In this document: positions 47,766 to 57,042 of the stretch, in pieces
Position numbering within the stretch: position 1 is the first letter of the stretch
Layout of the letters: the number at the start of each line of letters is the position of its first letter
Assembly: GCA_033582455.1 (NCBI GenBank)
Contig: JAVQRO010000007.1
Coordinates: forward strand, 12,628-76,627
Length of the DNA: 64,000 bases
Source: Thermomicrobium sp.
Lineage (GTDB): Bacteria > Chloroflexota > Chloroflexia > Thermomicrobiales > Thermomicrobiaceae
Direction: 5' to 3'
Program-made: the position numbers and the translations under genes
Notes under the pieces: model-generated
The model's input: only the letters and a program-made list of their open reading frames with translations
Database searches by the model: none
Told to the model about the DNA's origin: nothing

Positions 47766-48674
47766 ATGCCGACCTTGATCGTTCCGCTCGAATACGATCG
47801 GACGAAGCCACAACCCCACGGCGTGAGCGAGCGTGTCCTCCCGTGGGCACGTGCGCTGGCGCAGCGGCTCGCTGCCCCGGTCGTCTTGGTCGCAGTCCTG
47901 GACATCCCGGTCGGACTCCGATCGGTGCACGAACAGGAACTCCTCCGTGCGTTGCTCGAGGATTGGCGCAAGGAATGTGAGACGTATCTCGAGGAGGTCG
48001 CACGGAGCTTCCCAGTGGACCGCCCGGTGCGGATCGTCGTCCACGAAGGCGATCCGGCGGTCGTACTGACGAAGATCGCAGAGGACGTGTCCGACCCGCT
48101 CCTCGTCATGGCGGCGCATGCCCGCGCTGGTTGGCGGAGACTGGTCCTCGGGAGCGTCACCGCTCACGTGATCGCGACCGGCATCGCTCCCGTCTTCGTG
48201 GTGCCAGCCCACCTGCAACCGCCAGCGGAGACACCGATCCACCTCGACCGAGCCCTCGTCCCGCTCGACGGATCGCGCCTGGCAGAGGGAGCGCTCGAAC
48301 TCGTGCCCCTGCTCGGCACCGAAGGTTGGGAACTCCTCCTCCTGCACGTGCGAGAGAGTCGAGCCCGACGGATCGAGGTCGACATCGCCGGCGACGACCC
48401 GGCTGCCTATCTCGAACAGGTCGCAGGTCGCCTCCGTTCGCTCGGGTATCGGGTTACCTGGCGGGTGGTCGAAGGAAAGCCAGCGCAGATGATCGTCGAG
48501 GTCGCACGCGAAGCGCGAGTCGACCTGATCGTCATGGTCACCCACGGGTGGAGTGGTCTGCGCGACGTGTTGATGGGATCGACTGCCGAGCAAGTCCTGG
48601 CGCACGCTCCAGCGCCGGTTCTCGTCCGACGTCCAGCGCCGTTCACTCCTCCAGGTGGTACGGAACCGAGGTGA
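47766..48674 (+). CDS. Tandem-domain universal stress protein
   Basis: Two USP domains (VPL...VMAAHARAG...LGSVT; VPLDGS...IVMVTHGWSG...MGSTAEQVL). Confidence 0.9.
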   Translation: MPTLIVPLEYDRTKPQPHGVSERVLPWARALAQRLAAPVVLVAVLDIPVGLRSVHEQELLRALLEDWRKECETYLEEVARSFPVDRPVRIVVHEGDPAVVLTKIAEDVSDPLLVMAAHARAGWRRLVLGSVTAHVIATGIAPVFVVPAHLQPPAETPIHLDRALVPLDGSRLAEGALELVPLLGTEGWELLLLHVRESRARRIEVDIAGDDPAAYLEQVAGRLRSLGYRVTWRVVEGKPAQMIVEVAREARVDLIVMVTHGWSGLRDVLMGSTAEQVLAHAPAPVLVRRPAPFTPPGGTEPR

Positions 48675-50661
48675 TGACCAGGTCAGGGATCTCGAGCAGA
48701 GCACGGCGAAGACGCCATGCCGTTTGGGTGTGGAGAACACGCTCCCACCAGTGGGCAGTGATGAACTCAGGAATGATGACCGTGATCAGTGGCCCACCCT
48801 TTTCGCGGTGCAGCTTCTCGACCACCGCGACGAGCGGACCGATGAGTTCCCGATAGGGTGAGTCCACGATGATCAAGGGGATCGTCAATCCCGCTTCGCG
48901 CCAGCGCTGCTCGATGAGTTCGCCTGATTCCGGCTCCGTCGCGACGTGCACCGCCGTCACGTCGTCCGCGATCGCCCGGGCATAGTTCAACGCGGTCAGC
49001 GAGGCTCGGTTCAGCGAGGACACCGGGACGACTGCCACGATCCGTCGCGGCACCAGCCGAAGACGCCGACGCGCCTCCGCAGGAGTCACCCGCAGCTGCT
49101 GAGCGACGAATGCGTAGTGTTTTCGGATACCGAGCATGAGGAGGATCAAGGTCGGGATCAGGAGGATCACGATCCACGCACCGTGAATGAACTTGGTCAC
49201 GACGACGACCACGGTGACGATCCCCGTGGCGAGCGCACCGAGGCCGTTCAGGATCAGGCTGTGCCACTCCACGCGGCGGAGCCGCCCTTCCGCAACGCGC
49301 CACCAGTGGACGACCATGCTGACCTGAGAGAGCGTGAACGCGGTGTAGACACCGACCGCGTAGAGGGGAATCAGCGCCGAAACGCTCGCTCCGCGGAGGA
49401 GGACCAGCAGGATGCTGAGCGCACTCAGCGTCAGGATTCCAGTCGAATATGCGAGTCGTTCGCCTTGAAACCGAAACTGCCCCGGCAAGAACCGGTCATG
49501 CGCCAGAAAGTAGGCGAGCCGCGGAAAATCAGCGAATGCCGTATTGGCTGCCAAGAACAGGATCAACGCAGTCGCAGCCTGCACTGCATAGTAGAAGGGG
49601 GACCCATCGACGAGCGTCCGCGCCAACTGGGAAACGATCGTCTCACGATCACTCGGAACGAGGTGGAACCGATAGCTCAGGAGCGTGATTCCACTGAAGA
49701 GCGACGCGAGGATCAGCCCCATGAAGAGGAGCGTCTTACGGGCATTCTCCGCTTGCGGTTCCTTGAAGGCCGGAAGCCCATTCGAAATCGCCTCGATCCC
49801 GGTCAATGCCGTGCTCCCGGACGCGAACGCGCGGAGGATGAGAAACACGGTGAGCGGGCTCGTCGACGGAGGGATCTCGTAGCGCACCGGATGCGGCACC
49901 GGTCCGATTCCGACGAGCGAAGCGAACCCGAGCCCCAGGAGTATCGCCATGCAGGCGAGGAAGGCGAAAGTCGGCACCATGAAGATCGTGCCACTCTCGC
50001 GCATCCCTCGAAGATTCGCGAGCGTCATGAACAGAATCGCAGCGACCGCCAGTTCCACCCGGTACGGGTACAGCCCCGGCACTGCCGAGACGATCGCCGC
50101 CACGCCAGCCGAGATACTCACCGCGACGGTCAGGAGATAATCGGTGAGCAAAGCCGCTGCTGCCAGCAGTCCTGGCCCCGTCCCGAGATTGGCACGGGTC
50201 ACGATGTACGTACCGCCCCCGTGCGGATACGCTCGGATGGTCTGCCGGTAGGAAAAGACGACGATCCCGATCAAGATCGTGATCGCGATCCCGATCGGCA
50301 ACACGAACGCGTACGCTGCGCTACCTGCGAGGATCAAGATGCGCAGGATCTCTTCGGTGGCATACGCCACTGAGGACAGTGCGTCCGAGGAGAAGACCGC
50401 GAGCGCTTTCGCCTTGCCGATGCGCTCGTGCGGTGCCTCAGTCGTACGCAGCGGCCGCCCGATGAGAACGCGACGGATCCCCAACCAGGCTTTCCCGAGA
50501 ACCGACGCAGGCTGCGCCAGGTCGGCAACGAAACGCCCAGGGGCGATCTCGCGCAGCGGGAGATCATTGGAAGTAACGTGACGGATATAGCGGTCTCCCG
50601 GGTGCGAACCCGGAATACTGGTCCCGTTCCGGATCGTTGAACTCGGTTCGCTCGTTTCCAT
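48643..50661 (-). CDS. APC-family permease, KimA/YdaO-like (probable K+ transporter)
   Basis: LAVFSSDALSSVAYATEEI, YPHGGGTY, DYLLTVAVS, ALTGIEAISNG, PLYAVGVYTAFTLSQ, C-terminal cytosolic domain; ATG at 50661 after GGGAG. Confidence 0.9.
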   Translation of the reverse strand: METSEPSSTIRNGTSIPGSHPGDRYIRHVTSNDLPLREIAPGRFVADLAQPASVLGKAWLGIRRVLIGRPLRTTEAPHERIGKAKALAVFSSDALSSVAYATEEILRILILAGSAAYAFVLPIGIAITILIGIVVFSYRQTIRAYPHGGGTYIVTRANLGTGPGLLAAAALLTDYLLTVAVSISAGVAAIVSAVPGLYPYRVELAVAAILFMTLANLRGMRESGTIFMVPTFAFLACMAILLGLGFASLVGIGPVPHPVRYEIPPSTSPLTVFLILRAFASGSTALTGIEAISNGLPAFKEPQAENARKTLLFMGLILASLFSGITLLSYRFHLVPSDRETIVSQLARTLVDGSPFYYAVQAATALILFLAANTAFADFPRLAYFLAHDRFLPGQFRFQGERLAYSTGILTLSALSILLVLLRGASVSALIPLYAVGVYTAFTLSQVSMVVHWWRVAEGRLRRVEWHSLILNGLGALATGIVTVVVVVTKFIHGAWIVILLIPTLILLMLGIRKHYAFVAQQLRVTPAEARRRLRLVPRRIVAVVPVSSLNRASLTALNYARAIADDVTAVHVATEPESGELIEQRWREAGLTIPLIIVDSPYRELIGPLVAVVEKLHREKGGPLITVIIPEFITAHWWERVLHTQTAWRLRRALLEIPDLVITSVPYHLEE

Positions 50662-50982
50662 CTCCCACCCGACGGAGTCGCGACTCTCGTCACGCTCCGC
50701 CCCAGCTGCCCGAGTATACGCCTGCGGCAGATGCGCGGAGGAGGGGCAGCAGCACACGGAACGCCTGGCGGGCGTCCACACCCCCCTGGACCCCTCCGCC
50801 CCCCACCATTCGGTCCTCCCACGGTAACGACTGGCAAGACCCCTCCGCCTGCGTGGTTCGTGCCACACGCGCGGCGCGACGGCGCTGACGAGCGCTACCG
50901 GTTGCCGAGTCGAGACGCCCGCTCACGGGTGGTACCCTTGATGACCAGGTACAGAATGACGCGCTCGGTCCGAGGTGCGGTC

Positions 50983-51843
50983 ATGCTCCTACCCGTTCTC
51001 CATTCGTGCCCCACGTGCCCGAGTATCCTCGGGATCACGCTCTATCCGCCCTCGCTCGCGCTCGTCATCGTTCCGACTGTCGTCTACAGCGTCGCCCTCT
51101 GGCGCCTCCGACGGATCGGTCGGTCCGTTCCCTCGCGTTGGCCCGCAGCGTTCTATCTCGGGATGGGTACCGCACTCGTCGCGCTCGCCGGTCCGCTGGA
51201 TACGTACAACGACGAACTCTTGACGATGCACATGGCGCAGCACCTCGTGCTCATCCAGATCACCGCTCCACTCGTGCTGCTCGGGCGCCCACTCCACGTG
51301 CTCCTCCGCGCCGTGCCGCCGCATCGGGCCGGCCTGCTCACGCGCCTACTGCTACGGCCAACGTGGTCACGGCGCATCCTGACGGTCCTGACAGCGCCCT
51401 TGGTCGCCACAGCGCTGGCGAGTCTGGCGCTCGTCGTCTGGCACGTTCCCGCGTTGTACGAGCGAGCGGTCCTGAGCCAGCCGGTCCATGACCTCCAGCA
51501 CCTCAGTTTCTTCGGCACGGCACTCCTCTTCTGGTGGCCGATCATCGATCCGATCCCTCGCCACCACCGCGTGAACGGACTCTGGGCGAGTCTCATGGTG
51601 TTCATCAACGCGGTCGTGAGCACGGTCGTCGGCGCGATCCTCACCTTGGCGGACGATGTCCTCTATACTCCCTACCGCTTTGCCGCCATGCCCTGGGGAT
51701 TCACGCCGTTGGTCGATCAACAGGTGGCTGGGCTCCTCATGTGGATCGGCGGTGGGACCCTCTATGTCGTGATCATCCTCGTCCTGCTCGCTCGCTGGCT
51801 CTTGCACGAGGAAGGTCGCCGGATGGCGAGCGAGCCAGCGTGA
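50983..51843 (+). CDS. Cytochrome c oxidase assembly factor CtaG (Caa3-type) family
   Basis: HMAQHLVL, VWHVPALY, QHLSF...FWWP, DQQVAGLLMWIGG. Confidence 0.9.
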   Translation: MLLPVLHSCPTCPSILGITLYPPSLALVIVPTVVYSVALWRLRRIGRSVPSRWPAAFYLGMGTALVALAGPLDTYNDELLTMHMAQHLVLIQITAPLVLLGRPLHVLLRAVPPHRAGLLTRLLLRPTWSRRILTVLTAPLVATALASLALVVWHVPALYERAVLSQPVHDLQHLSFFGTALLFWWPIIDPIPRHHRVNGLWASLMVFINAVVSTVVGAILTLADDVLYTPYRFAAMPWGFTPLVDQQVAGLLMWIGGGTLYVVIILVLLARWLLHEEGRRMASEPA

Positions 51844-51919
51844 ACGCGTCGATCCACCGTCGTCTCCCGGGCGCAACCGGTCTCGCGACGAACCACTCGG
51901 CAGCAGGCGACCAGGAGCC

Positions 51920-53368
51920 TCATTCGCTGGGTGGCGCACAGCACGCCGAGGGACCGCTCGCGTCGGCCTGGAGCCGCTGGCCGGTTGCACCCGTCAAGGG
52001 AGACGTCCCGTCCTCGCAACAGGAAGACGCAGCGATCGGAACCGCGCGTGCTCGCCGCTCGGTGGCTCTCGTCGCAGCGAGAACTCCTGGATTCCGTTTC
52101 GGTGTGGTCAGCGAGCAGCACTCGTCACCGGCCGAGCCACCGCACACGCCGGTCGCAGGCAGTTCCAGATGGACGCGCCGGGCTTCGTCCCACGCTCCCG
52201 CGAGGGCAGCCACGACCGAACGGACCTGTTCGTAGCCCGTCCGCAGGAGAAATGTCGGAGCTCGCCCGTAGCTCTTGAGCCCGACGACGAAGAAATCTGG
52301 CTCCTGTGGATGCGCGAGCTCGACGGCCCCGTGCGGTGGTACCGTCCCGCAGCTGTGGACGTTGGGATCGATCAGGGGAGCGAGTGCGGCGGGTGCTTCG
52401 ACGACCGGATCGAGCGTCAGCCGCAGTTCACGCAGCGGTGCCAGATCAGGACGGTAGCCGGTGACGCAGACGATCCGATCGACCGGTGGCAGCGACCGCA
52501 CTCCGCTCCACACCACGAGTCCTTCCGGGTGACGCTCCACACGCTCGATGGTGATGCCGGTGTGCAACCGGATCCGTCCGGCCGCGACCGCCTCGGCCAC
52601 GCGGAGTCCGAGTCGGCCCCGCTCCGGAAGCTCGTCATTCGGACTCCCCAGACGACCAGCGAGCGAGCGACGCCGGACGGCCCAGTGAATCTCGGTGCCA
52701 GGTTCCTGCCGAGCCAGTTCGACGAGATCGAGGAGAACGCCGAACGCCGAGTGACCCGCACCCACCACCAACGTGCGCCTTCCAGCGTAAGCAGGTCGCT
52801 CGATCCCGAGCACGTCCGGCATGCCGTACGCGATGCGCTCGGCGAGCATCGCCTCGCCGAGCGCTGGAAGACCGGAGGCTCCGAGCGGGTTCGGCACCGC
52901 CCCGGATGCATCGATCACCGCCCGAGCCAGCAGCTCCATCTCGCCTTCGGGAGTCGAGACGCGGACCACGAACGGCCGCCCCGCTCGGTCACACCCCGCG
53001 AGCTTGTCGCGACCGAAACGAGCGACGGCAACCACGCAGTGGAGGAAGCGGAGCGCAGGACGGACCATCGGCAGGGAGGCCAGTGGCTCGAGGAAGGTCG
53101 CGACGAGTTCACCGCCAGTCGGGTAGGATGCCGGATCGGGCGCCTTCCACCCATGGGCAGTGAGGAGCTCGACGGCGAGCGGATCCAGATCGAAACGCCA
53201 GGGAGAGAACATCCGGACGTGAGCCCAGCGGCGGACCGCCGTCCCCACGGTCGGTCCCGCCTCGAGAACGACGAAAGGCATGCGGCGCTGGGCCAAGTGC
53301 GCAGCAGCGACGAGCCCGACCGGGCCAGCACCGATCACGACGATGGGAAGTACGCGCGGTGACGGCAT
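51920..53368 (-). CDS. FAD/NAD(P)-dependent oxidoreductase, ArsO-like, with Cys-pair-rich C-terminal tail
   Basis: VIGAGPVG, VVGAGHSA, CVTGYRPD, NVHSCGTVPPHG, KSYGRAPTFL; tail with ECCS, SSCCE, ACCA; ATG at 53368. Confidence 0.85.
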   Translation of the reverse strand: MPSPRVLPIVVIGAGPVGLVAAAHLAQRRMPFVVLEAGPTVGTAVRRWAHVRMFSPWRFDLDPLAVELLTAHGWKAPDPASYPTGGELVATFLEPLASLPMVRPALRFLHCVVAVARFGRDKLAGCDRAGRPFVVRVSTPEGEMELLARAVIDASGAVPNPLGASGLPALGEAMLAERIAYGMPDVLGIERPAYAGRRTLVVGAGHSAFGVLLDLVELARQEPGTEIHWAVRRRSLAGRLGSPNDELPERGRLGLRVAEAVAAGRIRLHTGITIERVERHPEGLVVWSGVRSLPPVDRIVCVTGYRPDLAPLRELRLTLDPVVEAPAALAPLIDPNVHSCGTVPPHGAVELAHPQEPDFFVVGLKSYGRAPTFLLRTGYEQVRSVVAALAGAWDEARRVHLELPATGVCGGSAGDECCSLTTPKRNPGVLAATRATERRARAVPIAASSCCEDGTSPLTGATGQRLQADASGPSACCAPPSE

Positions 53369-53513
53369 CGTTTCGTACCCCTCCTGTGACCTCGCTCCGA
53401 AGGCGGTGTCGGTCGGCGAGCCTGGCATCGGATGACAAACGCGTGCGGCGAGCAACACCCCACGGCGATCCTCGGCCCAACGGACGCTCCGCGTTCTCCC
53501 CACCAGCCGCCCA

Positions 53514-53849
53514 TCACGTCGACCGTTGGAACAGCGCCTGCTCGAGACCAGCGAGCGCCGCTCGTGCGAGATCCGTCGCCTGGTAGTACGCCCACGTGCC
53601 ACGACGCTCGACCGTCACCAGACCCGCGCGACGCAAGCGTTGCAGGTGATGGGAGACCGTGGGCTGACCGACCGCCAGTCGTTCCACTAAGTGACAGACA
53701 CAGAGGGGCGCTTCGTGTCGGAGGAGCACGGTGAGCAGAGCGAGTCTCGTCTCGTCGGCCAGCGCTCGCGCCAGTGCCGCGAGTCGACGAGTCCGCTCTC
53801 CGTCGTGCTCGGGAATCCGAGGCTCGATCGGGCAGCAACGCTGCACCAT
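53514..53849 (-). CDS. ArsR/SmtB family metalloregulator
   Basis: N-terminal CC, ALADETRL, LCVCHL (ELCVCD-like As(III) site), QPTVSHHL..L, RRGTWAYY; ATG at 53849 after GGAGG. Confidence 0.92.
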   Translation of the reverse strand: MVQRCCPIEPRIPEHDGERTRRLAALARALADETRLALLTVLLRHEAPLCVCHLVERLAVGQPTVSHHLQRLRRAGLVTVERRGTWAYYQATDLARAALAGLEQALFQRST

Positions 53850-53870
53850 CCGTCCACCTCCATCATCGTC

Positions 53871-53902
53871 AGTGTACCAGCTATATCGACGAATATCGAT
53901 AC
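53871..53902 (-). promoter_or_regulatory. arsR promoter with overlapping ArsR-type operator palindrome
   Basis: Minus strand: TCGATA-17nt-TACACT with a TGn extension. The inverted repeat ATATCGA-N6-TCGATAC (53883-53902) covers the -35 and the spacer. Confidence 0.6.
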
Positions 53903-54132
53903 GATACCTGATCGAGTACCATGCGCGAGCGCACCGCACCCGGCACAGCGGCACGGTGCAGTCCGCACTGGGCACCGAGCGGTACGTCGCCTCTGCGCTT
54001 CCCTCGTCTGGAATGCGCCGGACTCACCGAGCGCGAGCGCAGGAGACACCGCGACCGCGTGAACGCGCTTGCCCGTCCGCACGGAGCCCGCTATCGTGTC
54101 GAAGAGGAACGGAGACAGACGAGGAGACGTCG

Positions 54133-55728
54133 ATGGACGCCTACGTCGTCACGAACGGGACGATTCTGACCATGGACCCGAACCGGCCCCAGGTCGACGC
54201 GTTCGGCGTGATCGGCGAGCGTATCGTGGCAGTCGGTTCGCTCACCGACGTCGAGCCTGCGCTCCCGCGCGGCGCTCGCCGACTCGACTTGGCCGGAGCG
54301 ACGTGCCTGCCCGGCTTCAACGAGGCCCACAACCACATGATCAACTTCGGCTTCGTCCTCGGGCAGGTCAACTGCCGCTACCCCGCCGTCCGCTCGATCG
54401 AGGAGATCGTTGCGCGGTTCGCGGAGCGGGCCCGAGAACTCGCGCCGGGGACATGGATCCGCGGTCGGGGCTACGACGACAACGCGCTCGCTGAGCACCG
54501 ACATCCGACGCGCTGGGATCTGGATCGCGCCAGTACCGACCACCCGCTCGTCCTCGTCCACAGCTCGGGACACATGCTGGTCGCGAACTCGCGCGCGCTT
54601 CAGCTCGCCGGAGTGACTTCCGAGACTCCTGATCCCCCGGGTGGTCATCTGGTCCGCGACGCCTCCGGTGAGCCGACCGGCCTCCTCCAGGAGAACGCGA
54701 TGGAACTCGTCGAGCGGGTCGTCCCTGCCCCCACGCTCGAGGACATGGTGGAAGCACTTCGACGCTGCAATGCCGCCTACGTCGCCGCAGGGATCACCTC
54801 CAGTCAGGACGCTGGTTCCGACCATCCGCTCCAGCTGGAAGCATTCCAGCGCGCAGTGGAACGGGATGTTCTCCACCTGCGCACCTCGATGATGATCCGC
54901 CACCAACTCCTACCGCACCTCCTCGGACTCGGCCTCAAGCAAGGTTTCGGTGACACCCGGTTGCGCATCGGCCCGATCAAGCTCTTCGCCGACGGCAGCC
55001 TGATCGGCCGGACCGCCGCAGTCAGCCGCCCGTTCCTCGACGATCCTCGGCCGGATAACTACGGTATCGCGATCTGGACACAAGAAGAACTCGACGACCT
55101 CGTGTGGCAGGCCCATGCAGCCGGCTTCCAGGTCGCGACGCATGCGATCGGTGACCGGGCGATCGAGATGGTCCTGGAGGCCTACGAACGCGCTCTCGAC
55201 CGCCTACCGCGAGCCGACCATCGGCACCGCATCGAGCACTGCGGCGTCCTGCGTCCCGACCTGATCGAGCGGATCGCGCGACTCGGCGTCGTGGTCGTCA
55301 GCCAGCCGATCTTCATCGCCGAGTACGGGGACGGCTTCATCCGCCACCTCGGCCTGGAGCGGATCCAGCTGACCTACCCCTTCCGCAGTCTACTCGAGGC
55401 TGGGATCCGACTCGTCTTCTCGACCGACTGCCCCGTGTCCGCCTATCAGCCACTCCGTTGTCTCCAGGCCGCGATTCTGGAGCGCACAGCGAGCGGTCGT
55501 TGCTTTGCGCTCGAGGAAGCGATCACGGTGGAGGAGGCGTTGCCGCTCTATACGGTGAACGGCGCGTACGCGACCTTCGAGGAACACTGCAAGGGGATGC
55601 TGCGACCTGGCCACTTGGCCGATTTCGTCGTCCTGGAACGTGACCCACGACGTGTCGATCCCGAGGAATTGGCCGACATCCGCGTGCTCCGCACCGTCAT
55701 CGGTGGCCGCACTGTCTATGAGGCATGA
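54133..55728 (+). CDS. Amidohydrolase family 3 (YtcJ-like) metal-dependent hydrolase
   Basis: PGFNEAHNH, KLFADGSL, HAIGDRA, RIEHC, STDCPV. Confidence 0.9.
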   Translation: MDAYVVTNGTILTMDPNRPQVDAFGVIGERIVAVGSLTDVEPALPRGARRLDLAGATCLPGFNEAHNHMINFGFVLGQVNCRYPAVRSIEEIVARFAERARELAPGTWIRGRGYDDNALAEHRHPTRWDLDRASTDHPLVLVHSSGHMLVANSRALQLAGVTSETPDPPGGHLVRDASGEPTGLLQENAMELVERVVPAPTLEDMVEALRRCNAAYVAAGITSSQDAGSDHPLQLEAFQRAVERDVLHLRTSMMIRHQLLPHLLGLGLKQGFGDTRLRIGPIKLFADGSLIGRTAAVSRPFLDDPRPDNYGIAIWTQEELDDLVWQAHAAGFQVATHAIGDRAIEMVLEAYERALDRLPRADHRHRIEHCGVLRPDLIERIARLGVVVVSQPIFIAEYGDGFIRHLGLERIQLTYPFRSLLEAGIRLVFSTDCPVSAYQPLRCLQAAILERTASGRCFALEEAITVEEALPLYTVNGAYATFEEHCKGMLRPGHLADFVVLERDPRRVDPEELADIRVLRTVIGGRTVYEA

Positions 55729-55787
55729 CCTGGCAGTCAGCAGGCCGCTTGTAGTGAACCGACCAGCGGGCGGACCGCGACGAGCCG

Positions 55788-56801
55788 CTAGCAGCCTGGG
55801 GTCGCCGCGTCGCTCCCTGACGCGCGTGCTTCCCCCGCCGATCCTGCCGCACCGGCCCCCCGGAGGAAGCGCTGCACGCGCGAACGGGTCGGGAGGGCAG
55901 GGATCGCGCCACGCCGAGTGCAGACGAGCGCACCGACCGCGTTGGCGAAGCGCACGACCTGCTCGAGCTCGTGCAACGACCAGTCACCAGGCCGTTCGAG
56001 CAGGCCGACGAGGAGTCCAGCGACGAAGCCATCGCCCGCGCCGGTCGTATCCACCACGCGGACCGGAAATCCTGGAACGGTCCCTTGCCCGTTCGCCGTC
56101 AGGTAGGTACACCCGGCAGCTCCATGCGTCACCACGACCAGGCGCAGTCGCTCGTGCCAGAACCCGCGCAGCACCTCGGGTGCACGTGTCCCGGTAAGGA
56201 ACTCGAGTTCCTCTTCGCTGAGCTTGATCACCTCCGCCTCGCGCCAGCCGAGAAGGATTCCGTCTCGGGCAGCCTGCGGCGAGGGCCAGAGTGCGAGCCG
56301 CAGGTTAGGATCGTAGGAAATCAGCGCTCCGGAGGTGCGTGCCTCGGCTACGGCCGCGAGCGTCGCCGATCGGGCAGGTTCCCCGATGAGCGAGATGGAG
56401 CCGAAGTGGAGAACCCGCGTCGCGCGCACGACTTCTCGCTCGACATCGTCCGGGCGCCACAGCATGTCCGCGCTCGGATGCCGGTAGAACAGGAAATCGC
56501 GCTCGCCGTCCGCCCGTACGCTGACGAAGGCGAGCGCTGTCCGCGCGAGCGGCGTGAAGCACAAGCCGCGCACGTCGACTCCTGCCCGCCGCAACGTGTT
56601 CGCGAGAAAATGCCCGAAGTCGTCGTCACCGACCTGGCCGAGGAACGCTGCGCGACGCCCGAGTCGGGCGACACCGACAGCGACGTTCGCTGGCGCGCCA
56701 CCAGCGGCACGCCGGAACGCTGACGCCTCCGCCAGACGAACCCCTCGCTGCAGCGCCACGAAATCGATCAACAGTTCTCCGCAGCTGACGACGTCGAACA
56801 T
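55788..56801 (-). CDS. PfkB family carbohydrate kinase (fructokinase-like)
   Basis: GELLIDF, GGAPANVA, YDPNLR, VDTTGAGDGF. Confidence 0.93.
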   Translation of the reverse strand: MFDVVSCGELLIDFVALQRGVRLAEASAFRRAAGGAPANVAVGVARLGRRAAFLGQVGDDDFGHFLANTLRRAGVDVRGLCFTPLARTALAFVSVRADGERDFLFYRHPSADMLWRPDDVEREVVRATRVLHFGSISLIGEPARSATLAAVAEARTSGALISYDPNLRLALWPSPQAARDGILLGWREAEVIKLSEEELEFLTGTRAPEVLRGFWHERLRLVVVTHGAAGCTYLTANGQGTVPGFPVRVVDTTGAGDGFVAGLLVGLLERPGDWSLHELEQVVRFANAVGALVCTRRGAIPALPTRSRVQRFLRGAGAAGSAGEARASGSDAATPGC

Positions 56802-57042
56802 CGCGGTTCGTCCCTCGACCACCGCTCCAGCGACGCCTGGCGATGATGTAGCGCCGCTGGCACCACCGTCAAGCGTCCTGTCCCTCGGCAGTGGACACCG
56901 CTCCACCTCGTGGGCTGCAGTCTCCGGTCCGCCGCTGCACCTCCGAGCGCGTCTCCCGGCCCTCGTCCCGGTCGCCCGCGACGCTCCCGCCGACCGCTGC
57001 ACGTCGAAACCATCGCCGTGCCCCCGAGTTCACCAGTGCCCG

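Noticed and set aside
50662-50982. c-di-AMP (ydaO) riboswitch upstream of the KimA-like gene
   Set aside because: I could not find the conserved aptamer blocks by eye; an Infernal scan would be needed to exclude it.
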